Below are positions 43,123 to 53,697 of a stretch of 64,000 nucleotides of DNA, piece after piece. A program made the position numbers and the translations under genes. The notes beneath the pieces were generated by a model that was given only the letters and a program-made list of their open reading frames with translations, was not told the DNA's origin and searched no databases. The stretch is taken from assembly GCA_965140415.1 (NCBI GenBank), contig OZ223209.1, forward strand, positions 5,408,001 through 5,472,000, in the 5' to 3' direction. The stretch's first letter is position 1. Every line of letters starts with the position of its first letter. Source of the DNA: Myxococcota bacterium. Lineage in GTDB: Bacteria > Myxococcota_A > SURF-8.

Positions 43123-44124
43123 CTATTCTTCAATCTGACGTTGCATTTGCTGTAATGTCGCCTTGCATTCGGCAACAATGCGCGTTATCAATTCCGCCAC
43201 CGTCGGGATATCCTCAATGCGCCCCACAGACTGTCCCACCGTCAGCATCGCCTGCTCGGCATCGCCATTCTGCCAGACCTGACGCGCACGCTCGCCGGAA
43301 ATCAAGGGGAACAATGCGGAAAAATCGCCGCCTTCGTTTTCAACGGCCTCGATCTGTCGCATGATGTCGTTGCGCAGCGCACGAACCTGTAACCCGAAGG
43401 GGGCAAGCAACGTGCGTAGACCCAACATGGTGTCGCGTTCGTTTCTTTCCAGTAACATCTTGTAAATGTTCGGATGCACTCCGCTGTCTTTGGTGGCCAG
43501 AAAACGAGTGCCCATCATCATGCCACCGGCACCTAACGCTAACGCCGCTGCCAGCGATTGTCCATCCACCATGCCACCTGCGGCCAGTACCGGTAAATCC
43601 ACCGCAGCAACGACTTTCGGCAGCAGAATCAAGGTGCTGACATTATCTTTGTGTGGGAAACCACCTTCTTCGAAACCGGCAATCGTCACCGCATCGTAGC
43701 CCACTTTCTGAGCGTGCACGGCATGCTTGACCGTACCCACCTTATGCAGCACTTTAACATCCGCTTCTTTTGCTTTCGGAATCAAGTCGGGTCCGAGAAA
43801 ACTGTCCACCGGGGCACCGGCGATTTCGATGGCTGCCACCCGCTTCTCGCAACAGATTTCGAAAAACTCGCGCAGCAGCTCTACCGGCAGACGGATAGAG
43901 GGCATGGTGGTGATATTCACGATAAAGGGCTTATCTGTCAGTTCAAAGGTACGATCCACCGCGGCCCGAAAATCGTCTCCGCTATTGTAGTTGCCACTGG
44001 TCAAGTTGCCCATGGCCCCGGCGTTACTGATTGCCGCCGCCAGTTCCGGCTTGGCCAGCCACAACATGCCGCCACATTGAATTGGGTACTCGATCTTAAA
44101 CAGTTCGGTGATACGGGTTTTCAT
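43123..44124 (-). CDS. Nitronate monooxygenase / FabK-like flavoenzyme
   Basis: PIQCGGM..LAAAISNAGAMG, GFEEGG, PVLAAGG and GMMMGTRF. Confidence 0.9.
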   Translation of the reverse strand: MKTRITELFKIEYPIQCGGMLWLAKPELAAAISNAGAMGNLTSGNYNSGDDFRAAVDRTFELTDKPFIVNITTMPSIRLPVELLREFFEICCEKRVAAIEIAGAPVDSFLGPDLIPKAKEADVKVLHKVGTVKHAVHAQKVGYDAVTIAGFEEGGFPHKDNVSTLILLPKVVAAVDLPVLAAGGMVDGQSLAAALALGAGGMMMGTRFLATKDSGVHPNIYKMLLERNERDTMLGLRTLLAPFGLQVRALRNDIMRQIEAVENEGGDFSALFPLISGERARQVWQNGDAEQAMLTVGQSVGRIEDIPTVAELITRIVAECKATLQQMQRQIEE

Positions 44125-44298
44125 CGTATTCCTCTCGTTGCCGTTTTCTTTTTCAATTGGCTTATACGTATGCTCGATCCACTGTTCACTTTATCCCTAA
44201 TAAACTAACACTGGCAAGTGGGATTAACGATTTACTGGTTGATTTCATAGACAATCACCCATCGAGCCTGCTCGCTTAATCTCTATTACATTACCGGA

Positions 44299-46620
44299 TT
44301 AGCCTCGCCATTTTGCACCCGTCACGTAGCGCTGCGTTTCGGGAATCGCATACAGGTCAAGCACCGCCTGCTCAATTTCCGATTCGATCATTTGTATTGC
44401 AGATTCATCACGAGGTATATAATCGTCATGTGCCGCCAGATAGGCACGTCGCTTACTAAGTTGATGCAACCGCTCTAAAGCTGTAAAAGGAAATTCTCCT
44501 TTAAACAGAGCTTTCGGAAGAGGCACACGGCGCAGCAGATGGCCATTGACTTCCAACCCCACCCCTCGGCGCTTGGCGTAGGTATCGAACCAGGTTGCCA
44601 ATAGGTCTGAATTCAAGATGGCACATAGCGCATAAAGGGAAAGTCCGTCCATCTTGGACAATACGACATTCAAGGAAAACGGTACGTAACACGGCGTTTC
44701 CATAACGGCAAAAGCCGGACGCCTTCCCAACTGGCGAGCGATGATTTTCGGCGTTTGCCAGAGCCGCTCATCGCGTGGCCAGTGTAAATGATACCAACAA
44801 TTGCGACCTCTAATCGTTTCCCGTCGAGCATCCATGATGGGACGAAAAGGTTCGAGATGCTTGATAATAACAGGAGCAAGCGTCGGGTCCGGTAGCGTGC
44901 GTTTCGTCGAATAGACGATATATTGAGCGCCAGACTCTTCCAGGCAGTAGCGGTGCAGATCCCTGGCGCGTGGGTATGAATGAATTAACTTGGCTTCGAA
45001 TTCGGAGACGTGCAGGGTCTTCCGTTCCCTTTCGGACAGTACAAAAACGCCTGCCTGAAGTGGATAGCGATTCTGAAAGCGTCGATTGATGGAAGGCGTA
45101 ACCCTGGCGGGATTCTCGGCGATTCCCTGTCGAATCGTGCAACATTGCTCCAGAAAACACCCCGTATCCAAAGCAGCTAAAACAGGTTGATCGGAAATAC
45201 GAAAAGAATGCGTCTGGCCGAATATCTCATCAAAAGAAACGTCCCGGTCGACAAAACGCCGTTTACCGGATAAAAGCGCTTCAGCTGTTACAGAAGAACA
45301 ATCGGGAGGTTGTCGCAATAACGTGCGGTCCTCTTGTTCACCTTGCTGCAACGTAAGGATCAAATGCTGTCCGGCGACCGAGGCAAACACCGGTAAGTCC
45401 TGCAACAAAGTCAACTCCGTTACATGGGCACAATGCTTGATATGTTCGATCAACGGCGAGGCGTATTTTGAGTTTAGCCAGTAGCTCGGCAGAATAAATG
45501 ACACGCGCGCCTGCGCTGTCATACATTGCAGCGAACGATGCAGAAAGTAATGCCATAAATCCATACGAGGCGCATGGAAGCGGCGCCCCAACTCACTCTC
45601 GGCCAGTCGATCCAGTTGGGTTTTGTGCTGCCGTTCACGAAGGTAGGGCGGGTTACCAACGATGATCTCGAAACGTTCGCTCCATGCATTGCCATTGGAA
45701 AAGGACGATTCATCCGCAAGAAAATCACCACAAAGTAAATGAGAAAAGAGAGAGCCATCAGCAAAAAGCGCCTTACAATCGTTCTCCCGCATGGATGCAT
45801 GGGAAAAACAATGAGCCAGGGTTTCCCACAACAAAGTCAAGCGTGCAAAGCGAATGGCACAGGCATCGATATCCACTCCGAATAGTTGCCTGCGCAGAAT
45901 CGAAAGACACTGTTGGAGATCAACGGTCCCGCCTTGGGTTTGCCCTATGAGGCGGCGATATGTTGCCAGTAAAAACGCTCCGGCTCCACAGGCCGGATCC
46001 AATATACGAGTGGAAGCGGCAAGGGCTTCGCCCGTTGGCATCACGCGCTCCAACATGTAGTTCACCACAAAAGCTGGTGTATAGAATACGCCTTGCTGCT
46101 TGCGCTTGTAATTGCGCAGGTTAGCGAGTAAGCCGGAACTCGTCCGTTTGAGGGGATGAGAGAGGATCCACTCGTAAGCCTGTCCGATCACCTCCGCATC
46201 CGGTGCAGATGCAGCTTGCAAAGATTCGGAAAGAGTATGCAACCAATGGTCCAGCACGGACTTTGTGAAAACCAAACGGCGATACGATAAAGCCGTGTTC
46301 AGATCCGTGTATAATCCCCTGCTGCCGCATTGCTGCTGTAGGATAGCTACGAAATCAACCGCTTTGATACGATTACCCGGTAACGAGTTAAGATCGTTTC
46401 TGGCGCTGTCGATGAGATTCGAAGCAGATGCAGTATAGAGAGTGAAGAGTTGAAAGGTCCACAGTTCCGATAACAACGCAGAAAGGCTTTGATCCACTGT
46501 CGCCAGATCCGCTGTGGAGTCCCGGAGATTTCCAAGGGTATCTTTTGCCAGGCATAGCCGCAATTCGCGGGCTTCCTGCAAAAAACGCTTAGTGGGGGTC
46601 GCTTTGGCTGACACCTTCAT
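44299..46620 (-). CDS. N6-adenine DNA methyltransferase (Eco57I/TaqI-like) with C-terminal TRD
   Basis: GVFYTP, ILDPACGAGAFL (motif I), IVGNPPY (motif IV) and LCAILNS. Confidence 0.9.
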   Translation of the reverse strand: MKVSAKATPTKRFLQEARELRLCLAKDTLGNLRDSTADLATVDQSLSALLSELWTFQLFTLYTASASNLIDSARNDLNSLPGNRIKAVDFVAILQQQCGSRGLYTDLNTALSYRRLVFTKSVLDHWLHTLSESLQAASAPDAEVIGQAYEWILSHPLKRTSSGLLANLRNYKRKQQGVFYTPAFVVNYMLERVMPTGEALAASTRILDPACGAGAFLLATYRRLIGQTQGGTVDLQQCLSILRRQLFGVDIDACAIRFARLTLLWETLAHCFSHASMRENDCKALFADGSLFSHLLCGDFLADESSFSNGNAWSERFEIIVGNPPYLRERQHKTQLDRLAESELGRRFHAPRMDLWHYFLHRSLQCMTAQARVSFILPSYWLNSKYASPLIEHIKHCAHVTELTLLQDLPVFASVAGQHLILTLQQGEQEDRTLLRQPPDCSSVTAEALLSGKRRFVDRDVSFDEIFGQTHSFRISDQPVLAALDTGCFLEQCCTIRQGIAENPARVTPSINRRFQNRYPLQAGVFVLSERERKTLHVSEFEAKLIHSYPRARDLHRYCLEESGAQYIVYSTKRTLPDPTLAPVIIKHLEPFRPIMDARRETIRGRNCWYHLHWPRDERLWQTPKIIARQLGRRPAFAVMETPCYVPFSLNVVLSKMDGLSLYALCAILNSDLLATWFDTYAKRRGVGLEVNGHLLRRVPLPKALFKGEFPFTALERLHQLSKRRAYLAAHDDYIPRDESAIQMIESEIEQAVLDLYAIPETQRYVTGAKWRG

Positions 46621-46635
46621 TCGTTACGAGCCGGC

Positions 46636-48720
46636 CTACCAGCAATTCCATTCGTCGGAATTGTCGCCGCAATCATCCCAGCCGTCGCATTCCCAATAGT
46701 ACGGAATGCATTCGCCGTTGTCACATTCGAAATCCCAGTAATCGCAGCCGCAGTCACGCTCATCGGAGTTGTCGTCGCAATCGTCCCAGCCATCGCAAAC
46801 CCAGGAACTCGTAATGCAGTTGCCATTGTCACAGGTGAATTCATAGGATTCACAACTGGACCAGCCGCAGTCTACCGGATCTTCGTCCGAGCCATCCGAG
46901 CAATTGTCGGTGTGGTTGCAAGCCTGCGCCTGTGGGATGCATTCGCCGTTGTCGCAGGTAAACTCATTTGCTAAACAGGGGCAGCCTTGCTCGTCGGAAC
47001 CATCGCTGCAATCGGTGGAGCGGTCGCACTGCCAACCAGCCGGGATGCATTCTCCATTGTCGCAGACAAACTCATCCGCGGCACAACCGCAGTTCTGCTC
47101 GTCGGAAGCATCCGGGCAATTCACCGCACCATTACAGTAGGAGGTCGTTGCGATACAGGTTCCATCGCTGCATTGCCACTGGTTGGCCGCGCAGTTGCAG
47201 TTCTGTTCGTCTTCACCCTGTAGACAATCTTCTCTGCCGTCGCACACATATTGCAGTGGAATGCACAGGCCATCCAAACAGGCGAATTCTTCAGAGCTAC
47301 AGGTATTGGAACAATCGACTTCATCCTGGCCACGCGGACAATCGTTTACGCCGTTACAAACCCAGCCATCCGGGATGCACAGTCCCGCACCGCAATCGAA
47401 CTCGTTACGCGCACAGTCACTGGTACAACCGTTCTCGTCCGCTGCATTTGCACAATCGTTGAATCCATCGCAGACCCAGTCCAAGGGAATGCAGGTGTAA
47501 TCCGGGCAAGTGAATTCCTCTGCGGTGCAATCCACCGGACAATTCGCCTCGTCCTCACCCTGCGGACAATCGCTTACGCCATCGCACTTTTTATCCAGTT
47601 CGATACAACTCCCATCGTTGCAGGTATACTGCTGATCGGTACAGGGGCAATCCTGTTCATCTTCACCGGAAGGACAGTTATCCGTGCCGTCGCAAACCTT
47701 GGTCAATGGAATGCAGGAATCGTCGTTGCAAGTGAATTCGTCCTCACCACAACCACAATCCGCCTCATCTTCACCGAAAGGACAATCCCGGTTTCCATCG
47801 CATTGCAGACTCTGCGCGATGCAGGAGCCATCACTACACGTGTATTGATCGTCCGCACAGCCACAGTCCGCTTCATCGGAGCCGTCAGCGCAATCCTGGT
47901 TGCCATCGCAGAGCAATGTCAACGCAATGCAGGCACCATCATTACATTCAAATTGCGTATCGGTGCATTCACAATCGATCTCGTCCGCGCCATTGTCACA
48001 GTCCCGCACACCGTTGCAAACCAGGCGCAGGTGGATGCACTGCTCGTCGGAACAGCGGAATTCGACATCGCTGCATACGATCGGACAATCCAGTTCATCT
48101 TCGCCGTGAGCACAATCCTCGGTTTCGTCACAAACCTTTTCCGCTGCAATACAGACCGCATCACGGCAGCGATACTCCGTCGCCGAACAGGGAGCCGGGC
48201 AACCTATTTCGTCTTCTCCGGTGGCGCAGTTTTCCAACCCGTTACACCGTTGCCAGTAGCGGATGCAAGCGCCATCATTGCAGGCAAAGTCATCACCGCG
48301 ACATTCGCTGCCCCAATCTTCATCGCCTTCCGGTTCCGCTTCCGCTTCCACATCCGGGTCCGCTTCGATTTCCGCAAGGTCAATGTCCATCTCGCCTGCA
48401 TCGGAATCCATCTCCGTCGAATCGCCATCTACCGGCAGGTCGGGTTCACTGTCGTGGTCCCCATCCGGTTGAATCTGATCGCCGTCTGCGCTCACGTCGG
48501 TTTCCGCTTCCGTCTCGGATTCACCCTCACCCGATTGCGATTCCACATCAAGATCGAGGTCACCATCCTCTCCATCACCGAGTTGATTGGGATTGACGGG
48601 ATTGTAGCTCCATTCTTCCGCATCCTGATCGCCATCCGCTCCACTATCGCTGCCTGCACAGGAAATCCCGGCAAACGCCAGAACCAGTGCGACCAGTAAC
48701 AACCATCGAAAACCTGTCAT
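46636..48720 (-). CDS. Lipoprotein with 15 tandem LDL-receptor class A-like repeats
   Basis: MTGFRWLLLVALVLAFAGISC signal, acidic linker, then 15 six-Cys units C..F.C..G.CI.....CDG..DC..G.DE..C. Confidence 0.9.
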   Translation of the reverse strand: MTGFRWLLLVALVLAFAGISCAGSDSGADGDQDAEEWSYNPVNPNQLGDGEDGDLDLDVESQSGEGESETEAETDVSADGDQIQPDGDHDSEPDLPVDGDSTEMDSDAGEMDIDLAEIEADPDVEAEAEPEGDEDWGSECRGDDFACNDGACIRYWQRCNGLENCATGEDEIGCPAPCSATEYRCRDAVCIAAEKVCDETEDCAHGEDELDCPIVCSDVEFRCSDEQCIHLRLVCNGVRDCDNGADEIDCECTDTQFECNDGACIALTLLCDGNQDCADGSDEADCGCADDQYTCSDGSCIAQSLQCDGNRDCPFGEDEADCGCGEDEFTCNDDSCIPLTKVCDGTDNCPSGEDEQDCPCTDQQYTCNDGSCIELDKKCDGVSDCPQGEDEANCPVDCTAEEFTCPDYTCIPLDWVCDGFNDCANAADENGCTSDCARNEFDCGAGLCIPDGWVCNGVNDCPRGQDEVDCSNTCSSEEFACLDGLCIPLQYVCDGREDCLQGEDEQNCNCAANQWQCSDGTCIATTSYCNGAVNCPDASDEQNCGCAADEFVCDNGECIPAGWQCDRSTDCSDGSDEQGCPCLANEFTCDNGECIPQAQACNHTDNCSDGSDEDPVDCGWSSCESYEFTCDNGNCITSSWVCDGWDDCDDNSDERDCGCDYWDFECDNGECIPYYWECDGWDDCGDNSDEWNCW

Positions 48721-49062
48721 GTTCTTATTTCTTTCACGTCCCGGCATACACAGATATCCGTTTCGCTGCATTGCATCGCAGCCTGGATCGATTCGGTTAA
48801 AACAAATCGAAAGTAATGATCACGTCCTAGAGGCACTATACTCATTTCTGCCCATCAAGTAATCGTGATGTGCCATGGTCTCACGGAATGTAAATTCCGG
48901 GAGGCCGTGTGTATCTTATTGAAAGCACACAGCCTTCCACGATCTTCGATCGCGTAAGACTATGCCACAACTTCTTGGAATCGGTGGCTAAAAATGACTA
49001 ATACCTCCAATAAAGCAGTGGTCATTGTATCCGAAATACACGACAATTGCCAGTGACACCGC

Positions 49063-52000
49063 TTATTTGCAAAAGCGGCGACGACACACAGCCAGCAGAG
49101 CGACAAATCCCCACCACATCGTTCCAGTTGAAGCAGGAATTTGATTGCAACCGCCTCCATCGTCTGCGTCGTCCAAATCGCCCACAGACAGATCCTCATC
49201 CGAATTCGATTGCGGCGCTTCTTCTATTTCCAAATCGACGTCACCGGCGACGGTGCCATCTTCGTCTCCATCTGGAAACTCGTATTCCGCTTCCTGTTCG
49301 TCCTCGTCGCCAGGCCCTTCTTTTTCTGTTTCGAATTCCCGTTCTTGTACATCCAAATCCAAATCACCATCGGGTACGAACTCGATATCCTCTTCCGTCG
49401 CATCCCGTTCCAGATCGCCGTCCCCTTCCGGTTGTGCTTCATCGAGCGTTCTGAAGCGACATGGTTCATCATTAAACACGGAGAGGTTTTCCGCGATATC
49501 GTAAGCCATAATCAGGCAACTGTAATCGGTGTCCGGGGTCAACCCCTGAAAGCGTACTTCCTGTTCTGTCGCCGCCACCGGAACGACAAACGACAATTGC
49601 TCGCGATCGCCTGTATTTTCATCCGTCACCAGCACAAGGCCGTTTGTAGCTTCATCGGTACGCCATGAAAGCAGAGCAGATTCAGCCTCGATTTCGGAAA
49701 GCTCGACGTCAGTAAAAACGGGCGATTCGCAATCCATCATCGCCGTTGCATTAACAAACACGGTTTGTCCGTCGCAATCGGCGTCATCGTAGCCCGCGAA
49801 GAACGTCTCGCCATGCGCCACGGGCAAGGGATCGTTTCCGTTAAAATCCAACCAGGCGCTGAATTGCCCTGTGTCTTCACCACTTTCCGTCAAAACGAAG
49901 GAAACAGCCCCAGAAGCGCGGCGTGCCAATTCCACCTCAGTATCTATTTCATCTTCGTTTTCGCTGTCCGAATCAACATCTGCGTCGCCATCCAAATCAC
50001 TATCTGTATCACTATCTGTATCGCCATCCGCAGGAGTTTCCTCCGTCCACAGCCACACCTGGACGCTGTCTACGCTTTGCGAATCCACATTCAGATCCCA
50101 ATCCGACAACGTAATTTTCAGACCGTTTTCGCAAGAAGCCACCGTTCGATCCAGCCACAATTCGCCGCAACTCACCGGCAGTGCTGGAATTCGCGCCGAA
50201 AACGGCAGGGCATCCGCCGCCGTAATCAGCAAATCCGCCGTTTGATCGCCTGCAACCGGAAGCGTGAAATTTACTTGCCCGGCATTGTCTCCCTGCGCGA
50301 CGACGACCGCCTCACCGATCGTCAATACAGCCGTTACTTCCTTAGCCGCTTCACCGTTACGCAAAACGCTTAAAGAGAACTCAGACCCCGTTTGCAATGG
50401 CAGCGCTTCGGGTAGTTCCACTTCAAGCGGCAAAGGATCGCTCAAACGAATCAGGCCGGTTGGATCGCCGAACAAAACGTATTGAGAAAGCACATCCTCC
50501 ACGTTTTTACCATCGCCATAAGCAGCCAATAGTCGCAGCATCCCGCCCAATAGCGCTCCACCCAATCGTTGAGAAAAATTGAATAAACTGCTCGTAACGC
50601 CCTCGCCCAACTCGGCGGATTCATCCCAGGCGGTTGGCGTGCTGCTGGCGTAAATCGCCACCGAACCATGTGGACCGTGGCGCATCCACGCTTCCGCAAA
50701 ACTCGGCTCCAATTGCCTGAACGCGCCGTTGGTGCAGGAAACATCCATTACAAAAGGAACGCGCGGGGCATTTTGCAATAACAAAACATCCGCGTAGTTA
50801 TAGGGCGGCTGGGTGGTCGTCCATTCCACACCATTTCCGTGACCCATGTAAATCGCGAACCCACGCCCCTGGTTGAATGCATTCTGAATCAACTCCGCCG
50901 TGTCATTTCCCACGCTGTGATACAGTTTGTTGACGCTTTCGAAACCGTGATCCAATAACAGCGCCGAGATGCGATCCAGGCGCTCGTCGTCGTTTTCACC
51001 CAATCCCAGCGACTGCGAAGAACTGATTGCCAAACCTTTTTTAAAGCTGGCTCCCTGCCTCCCTGTCGGCGGCGTCTGGGCATATGCCAGTAATTTTTCT
51101 AGTTGCGCCGTCAATTGTTCCAGGTTCTGCGCACTCAACCGCCCGGTTAGTAATTCAGGAAAAAGATCGTCACCATCAAGTAATCCATAACGAAAATCTT
51201 GATCGCTGTTATCCACGCCCACAACGGTCGGAACCTGTGCTGCATCGCCCACAAGTAACAACATATCTGGAGTAGGTTGTAGGGTTTGATAGGCAGTGAG
51301 TAAGCTTTGCTTGATTTCCTCGCTGGTTCCACCAGCTTCCGAAACCGGAATCACGCTAACCACCCATCCGCTGGCTCGTTTCCAGGCGACGTACTCCTCA
51401 AGCGCCGGAATGAATTCGTCGTAAGCGACGATCAACAGATGCCCTAAAGCCTCGCCGTTAACACGTTCGTGCGGCAAAACGCGATCTGACGCCAAAATCG
51501 TGGTCATTGCTCGCGCAAAGATCGCGGAATCATTGGGTAATCGCTTGCCGTACGGACGGTGCAATGTTAATGTCACCTGCGCAGTACCATATACCGTCAA
51601 CGCACTACCCGCCGCAACGTATACAGTTGGATTCAGTTGCACGCGCAGCAGATCGACATCACGGAAACGATACGGGCCGCTAAGCTGTATCGGCTGCTCC
51701 GGAAAAGCATTTGTGCTGTGATAACGGTCGCTTTCGAGTTGAAACGCCGGTTGCGCCCCGTTCACGCAGCGACAACGAGACGGCTGAGCCGGCCATACTT
51801 TTATCTGACTGTAATGATGCGGATCGGAGAAATTTACGGAGGCAGTGACCGTTGCACCTCGCGGGACGGCAACCAAGCGCCCGACGGTCGGCAAAGCCGG
51901 AAGTCCGACTTCCCGAAGATGGCCTTCACCGGGGAAATCAAGCTGCTGAAAACGTGTATTCTGCGCCTGCCGCTGAGTTTCGTAGAAACCGGGAATATGG

Positions 52001-52200
52001 AAAGTCAGTTTAAGCGAATCGGAAGTTGGCTGCTCGATCTGTACCGTTGGTCCAGCGGGAGATAAGTCACCGGATTTATTGAAAGTTCGCCATTCTGCCG
52101 CCTGCGCGATGGTGCAAACAAACAAGATCCCCAACACGCCGAGAATACGTCCCAGGTGGCAGCAATGGAACCCGAACCTGCTTTTCGTTAACCGCACCAT
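49063..52200 (-). CDS. C25 (gingipain-like) cysteine peptidase with propeptide, FN3-like domain and MYXO-CTERM-like tail
   Basis: GLPALPTV propeptide, LLLVGD, GRLS, YMGHG (His), DVSC (Cys), LFGDP; tail GGGC..WWGFVALLAVCRRR; SD GGAGG before 52200. Confidence 0.85.
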   Translation of the reverse strand: MVRLTKSRFGFHCCHLGRILGVLGILFVCTIAQAAEWRTFNKSGDLSPAGPTVQIEQPTSDSLKLTFHIPGFYETQRQAQNTRFQQLDFPGEGHLREVGLPALPTVGRLVAVPRGATVTASVNFSDPHHYSQIKVWPAQPSRCRCVNGAQPAFQLESDRYHSTNAFPEQPIQLSGPYRFRDVDLLRVQLNPTVYVAAGSALTVYGTAQVTLTLHRPYGKRLPNDSAIFARAMTTILASDRVLPHERVNGEALGHLLIVAYDEFIPALEEYVAWKRASGWVVSVIPVSEAGGTSEEIKQSLLTAYQTLQPTPDMLLLVGDAAQVPTVVGVDNSDQDFRYGLLDGDDLFPELLTGRLSAQNLEQLTAQLEKLLAYAQTPPTGRQGASFKKGLAISSSQSLGLGENDDERLDRISALLLDHGFESVNKLYHSVGNDTAELIQNAFNQGRGFAIYMGHGNGVEWTTTQPPYNYADVLLLQNAPRVPFVMDVSCTNGAFRQLEPSFAEAWMRHGPHGSVAIYASSTPTAWDESAELGEGVTSSLFNFSQRLGGALLGGMLRLLAAYGDGKNVEDVLSQYVLFGDPTGLIRLSDPLPLEVELPEALPLQTGSEFSLSVLRNGEAAKEVTAVLTIGEAVVVAQGDNAGQVNFTLPVAGDQTADLLITAADALPFSARIPALPVSCGELWLDRTVASCENGLKITLSDWDLNVDSQSVDSVQVWLWTEETPADGDTDSDTDSDLDGDADVDSDSENEDEIDTEVELARRASGAVSFVLTESGEDTGQFSAWLDFNGNDPLPVAHGETFFAGYDDADCDGQTVFVNATAMMDCESPVFTDVELSEIEAESALLSWRTDEATNGLVLVTDENTGDREQLSFVVPVAATEQEVRFQGLTPDTDYSCLIMAYDIAENLSVFNDEPCRFRTLDEAQPEGDGDLERDATEEDIEFVPDGDLDLDVQEREFETEKEGPGDEDEQEAEYEFPDGDEDGTVAGDVDLEIEEAPQSNSDEDLSVGDLDDADDGGGCNQIPASTGTMWWGFVALLAVCRRRFCK

Positions 52201-52319
52201 CGATTTCCCTCCATATTCATTCACTTTACAGGGAAATCAGCCATGCTGTCAAAGCGAATTCGCTTCGTTAATATAAGTACAAATGTACAGGCGATTTAAG
52301 TGGAATCGTTTCTATCGAA

Positions 52320-52661
52320 TCACCCGACATGATCGAAAAGAGAGAGAACGGAGGCTTTCAGATTGGGAAGTTTGTTTTGCATTACATCCCATAAAATTTG
52401 CAAGTTGACTCCAAAATATTCGTGAACGAGAATGTTTCTCAGTCCAATGATTTTATGCCATTCAATATCAGTGTTTTTACTTCGTAAATCTAACGACAAG
52501 CGGTTGGAGGCTTCTCCGATTATCTCAAGGTTTCGCACGACTGCATCTATGGTTTTTTCATCTTCCGAGAAAAGCTGAAAATCCATACCCGATGAATAAC
52601 GCTGAATCTTGCCAATCGCTTCCAGAATATCATCCAGATAGACACGCTCATCCCTCGGCAT
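52320..52661 (-). CDS. HEPN (DUF86/HepT-like) RNase toxin
   Basis: RNLEIIGEA and RNILVHEY (Rx4HxY). Confidence 0.9.
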   Translation of the reverse strand: MPRDERVYLDDILEAIGKIQRYSSGMDFQLFSEDEKTIDAVVRNLEIIGEASNRLSLDLRSKNTDIEWHKIIGLRNILVHEYFGVNLQILWDVMQNKLPNLKASVLSLFDHVG

Positions 52662-52944
52662 GAACGGCCTCTTTCAAGATGTACGGCTTTAGACGTGATT
52701 TCAGTGTTTCTTCCAATACAAGATCGACCGGCATACCGAACAATTCTTCCAGGCGAAATTTCAGATCCATGTAGTGGTCGAAGGATGGCTGCTTGAAAGA
52801 CACGAGAATATCGATATCACTACCCTGCTGTTGCTCATTGCGAACGTGAGAACCAAAAAGAGCGAGCGTTTCCACTCCGAATTTTTCTTTAAATTCGGTA
52901 CGATGCTTACTCAGTACGTCGATTATGGATTCTTTCGAATGCAC
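52648..52944 (-). CDS. Minimal nucleotidyltransferase (MNT) antitoxin
   Basis: LFGSHVRNEQQQGSDIDIL (GSx10DxD); overlaps the HEPN gene. Confidence 0.9.
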   Translation of the reverse strand: MHSKESIIDVLSKHRTEFKEKFGVETLALFGSHVRNEQQQGSDIDILVSFKQPSFDHYMDLKFRLEELFGMPVDLVLEETLKSRLKPYILKEAVHAEG

Positions 52945-53043
52945 AACACCCTCATCTCTTCAAAGCTAGTTTATGATAACCGATACGTTTTCGAAATGCC
53001 AGTTTTTGAAATAGAGAGGAATTCGCTTCGCGACAATCAGAGT

Positions 53044-53631
53044 TCACTTTATTGTTTCTGTCCAGTGCTGCAATTCATCCAAACGATTGATATTGATGAA
53101 ACTTTCCAGCTCCGGGTCATGTTCTTCAAGGATTTCCTGCTCGATGTAAGCCACATTCAAGCGCGCGTAGAAATCGGTCATTTTATAACGCTGCCGTTCC
53201 AACTGATCGAGCAACACGGGCCGAATTCGCGTTGCTACGCGCGAAAACAAAGGCTCTGCGAAACCATGAACCATGGGGACAAGCAGATCCGCCTCGGGCG
53301 CGGTAGATAGCATATATTGTACTAGTTCCTTGCGGATAAAAGGCATATCGCAAGCCACTAAAAAAATCTGTGGAGTTTTCACCGCTGCCAAAGCAGTAGC
53401 CAGTCCACCGAGCGGACCACAGCCAGGGCGCTCGTCGCCGATGATCGGAAGGTTAAATTCCTTATAAATATCAGGTGTATTGGTGACCAGCAGGAGATCG
53501 TCGAAGGACTCCGAAAGTGTATCCAGTTGCCGTTGTAAAATGCTGCGTCCGCCAATTTCGCACAAGCCTTTCGCTTGTCCGCCCAGGCGTTCCGCTTTTC
53601 CGCCACAAAGAATCACCAGCGTGCAAGTCAT
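53044..53631 (-). CDS. mobA: Molybdenum cofactor guanylyltransferase
   Basis: ILCGGKAERLGGQAKG, GPLGGL, VACDMPF, EPL and FININ. Confidence 0.9.
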   Translation of the reverse strand: MTCTLVILCGGKAERLGGQAKGLCEIGGRSILQRQLDTLSESFDDLLLVTNTPDIYKEFNLPIIGDERPGCGPLGGLATALAAVKTPQIFLVACDMPFIRKELVQYMLSTAPEADLLVPMVHGFAEPLFSRVATRIRPVLLDQLERQRYKMTDFYARLNVAYIEQEILEEHDPELESFININRLDELQHWTETIK

Positions 53632-53697
53632 TGAAGCGCCACCTCTTTCTCAATGCGATGAGCATCATTTCCAGCAGTATCACCCGGAAGCAAGGCT

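Noticed and set aside
47251-48699. 482-aa plus-strand ORF, and similar long antisense ORFs (9236-9883, 7563-8459)
   Set aside because: Antisense shadows of repetitive or codon-biased real genes.
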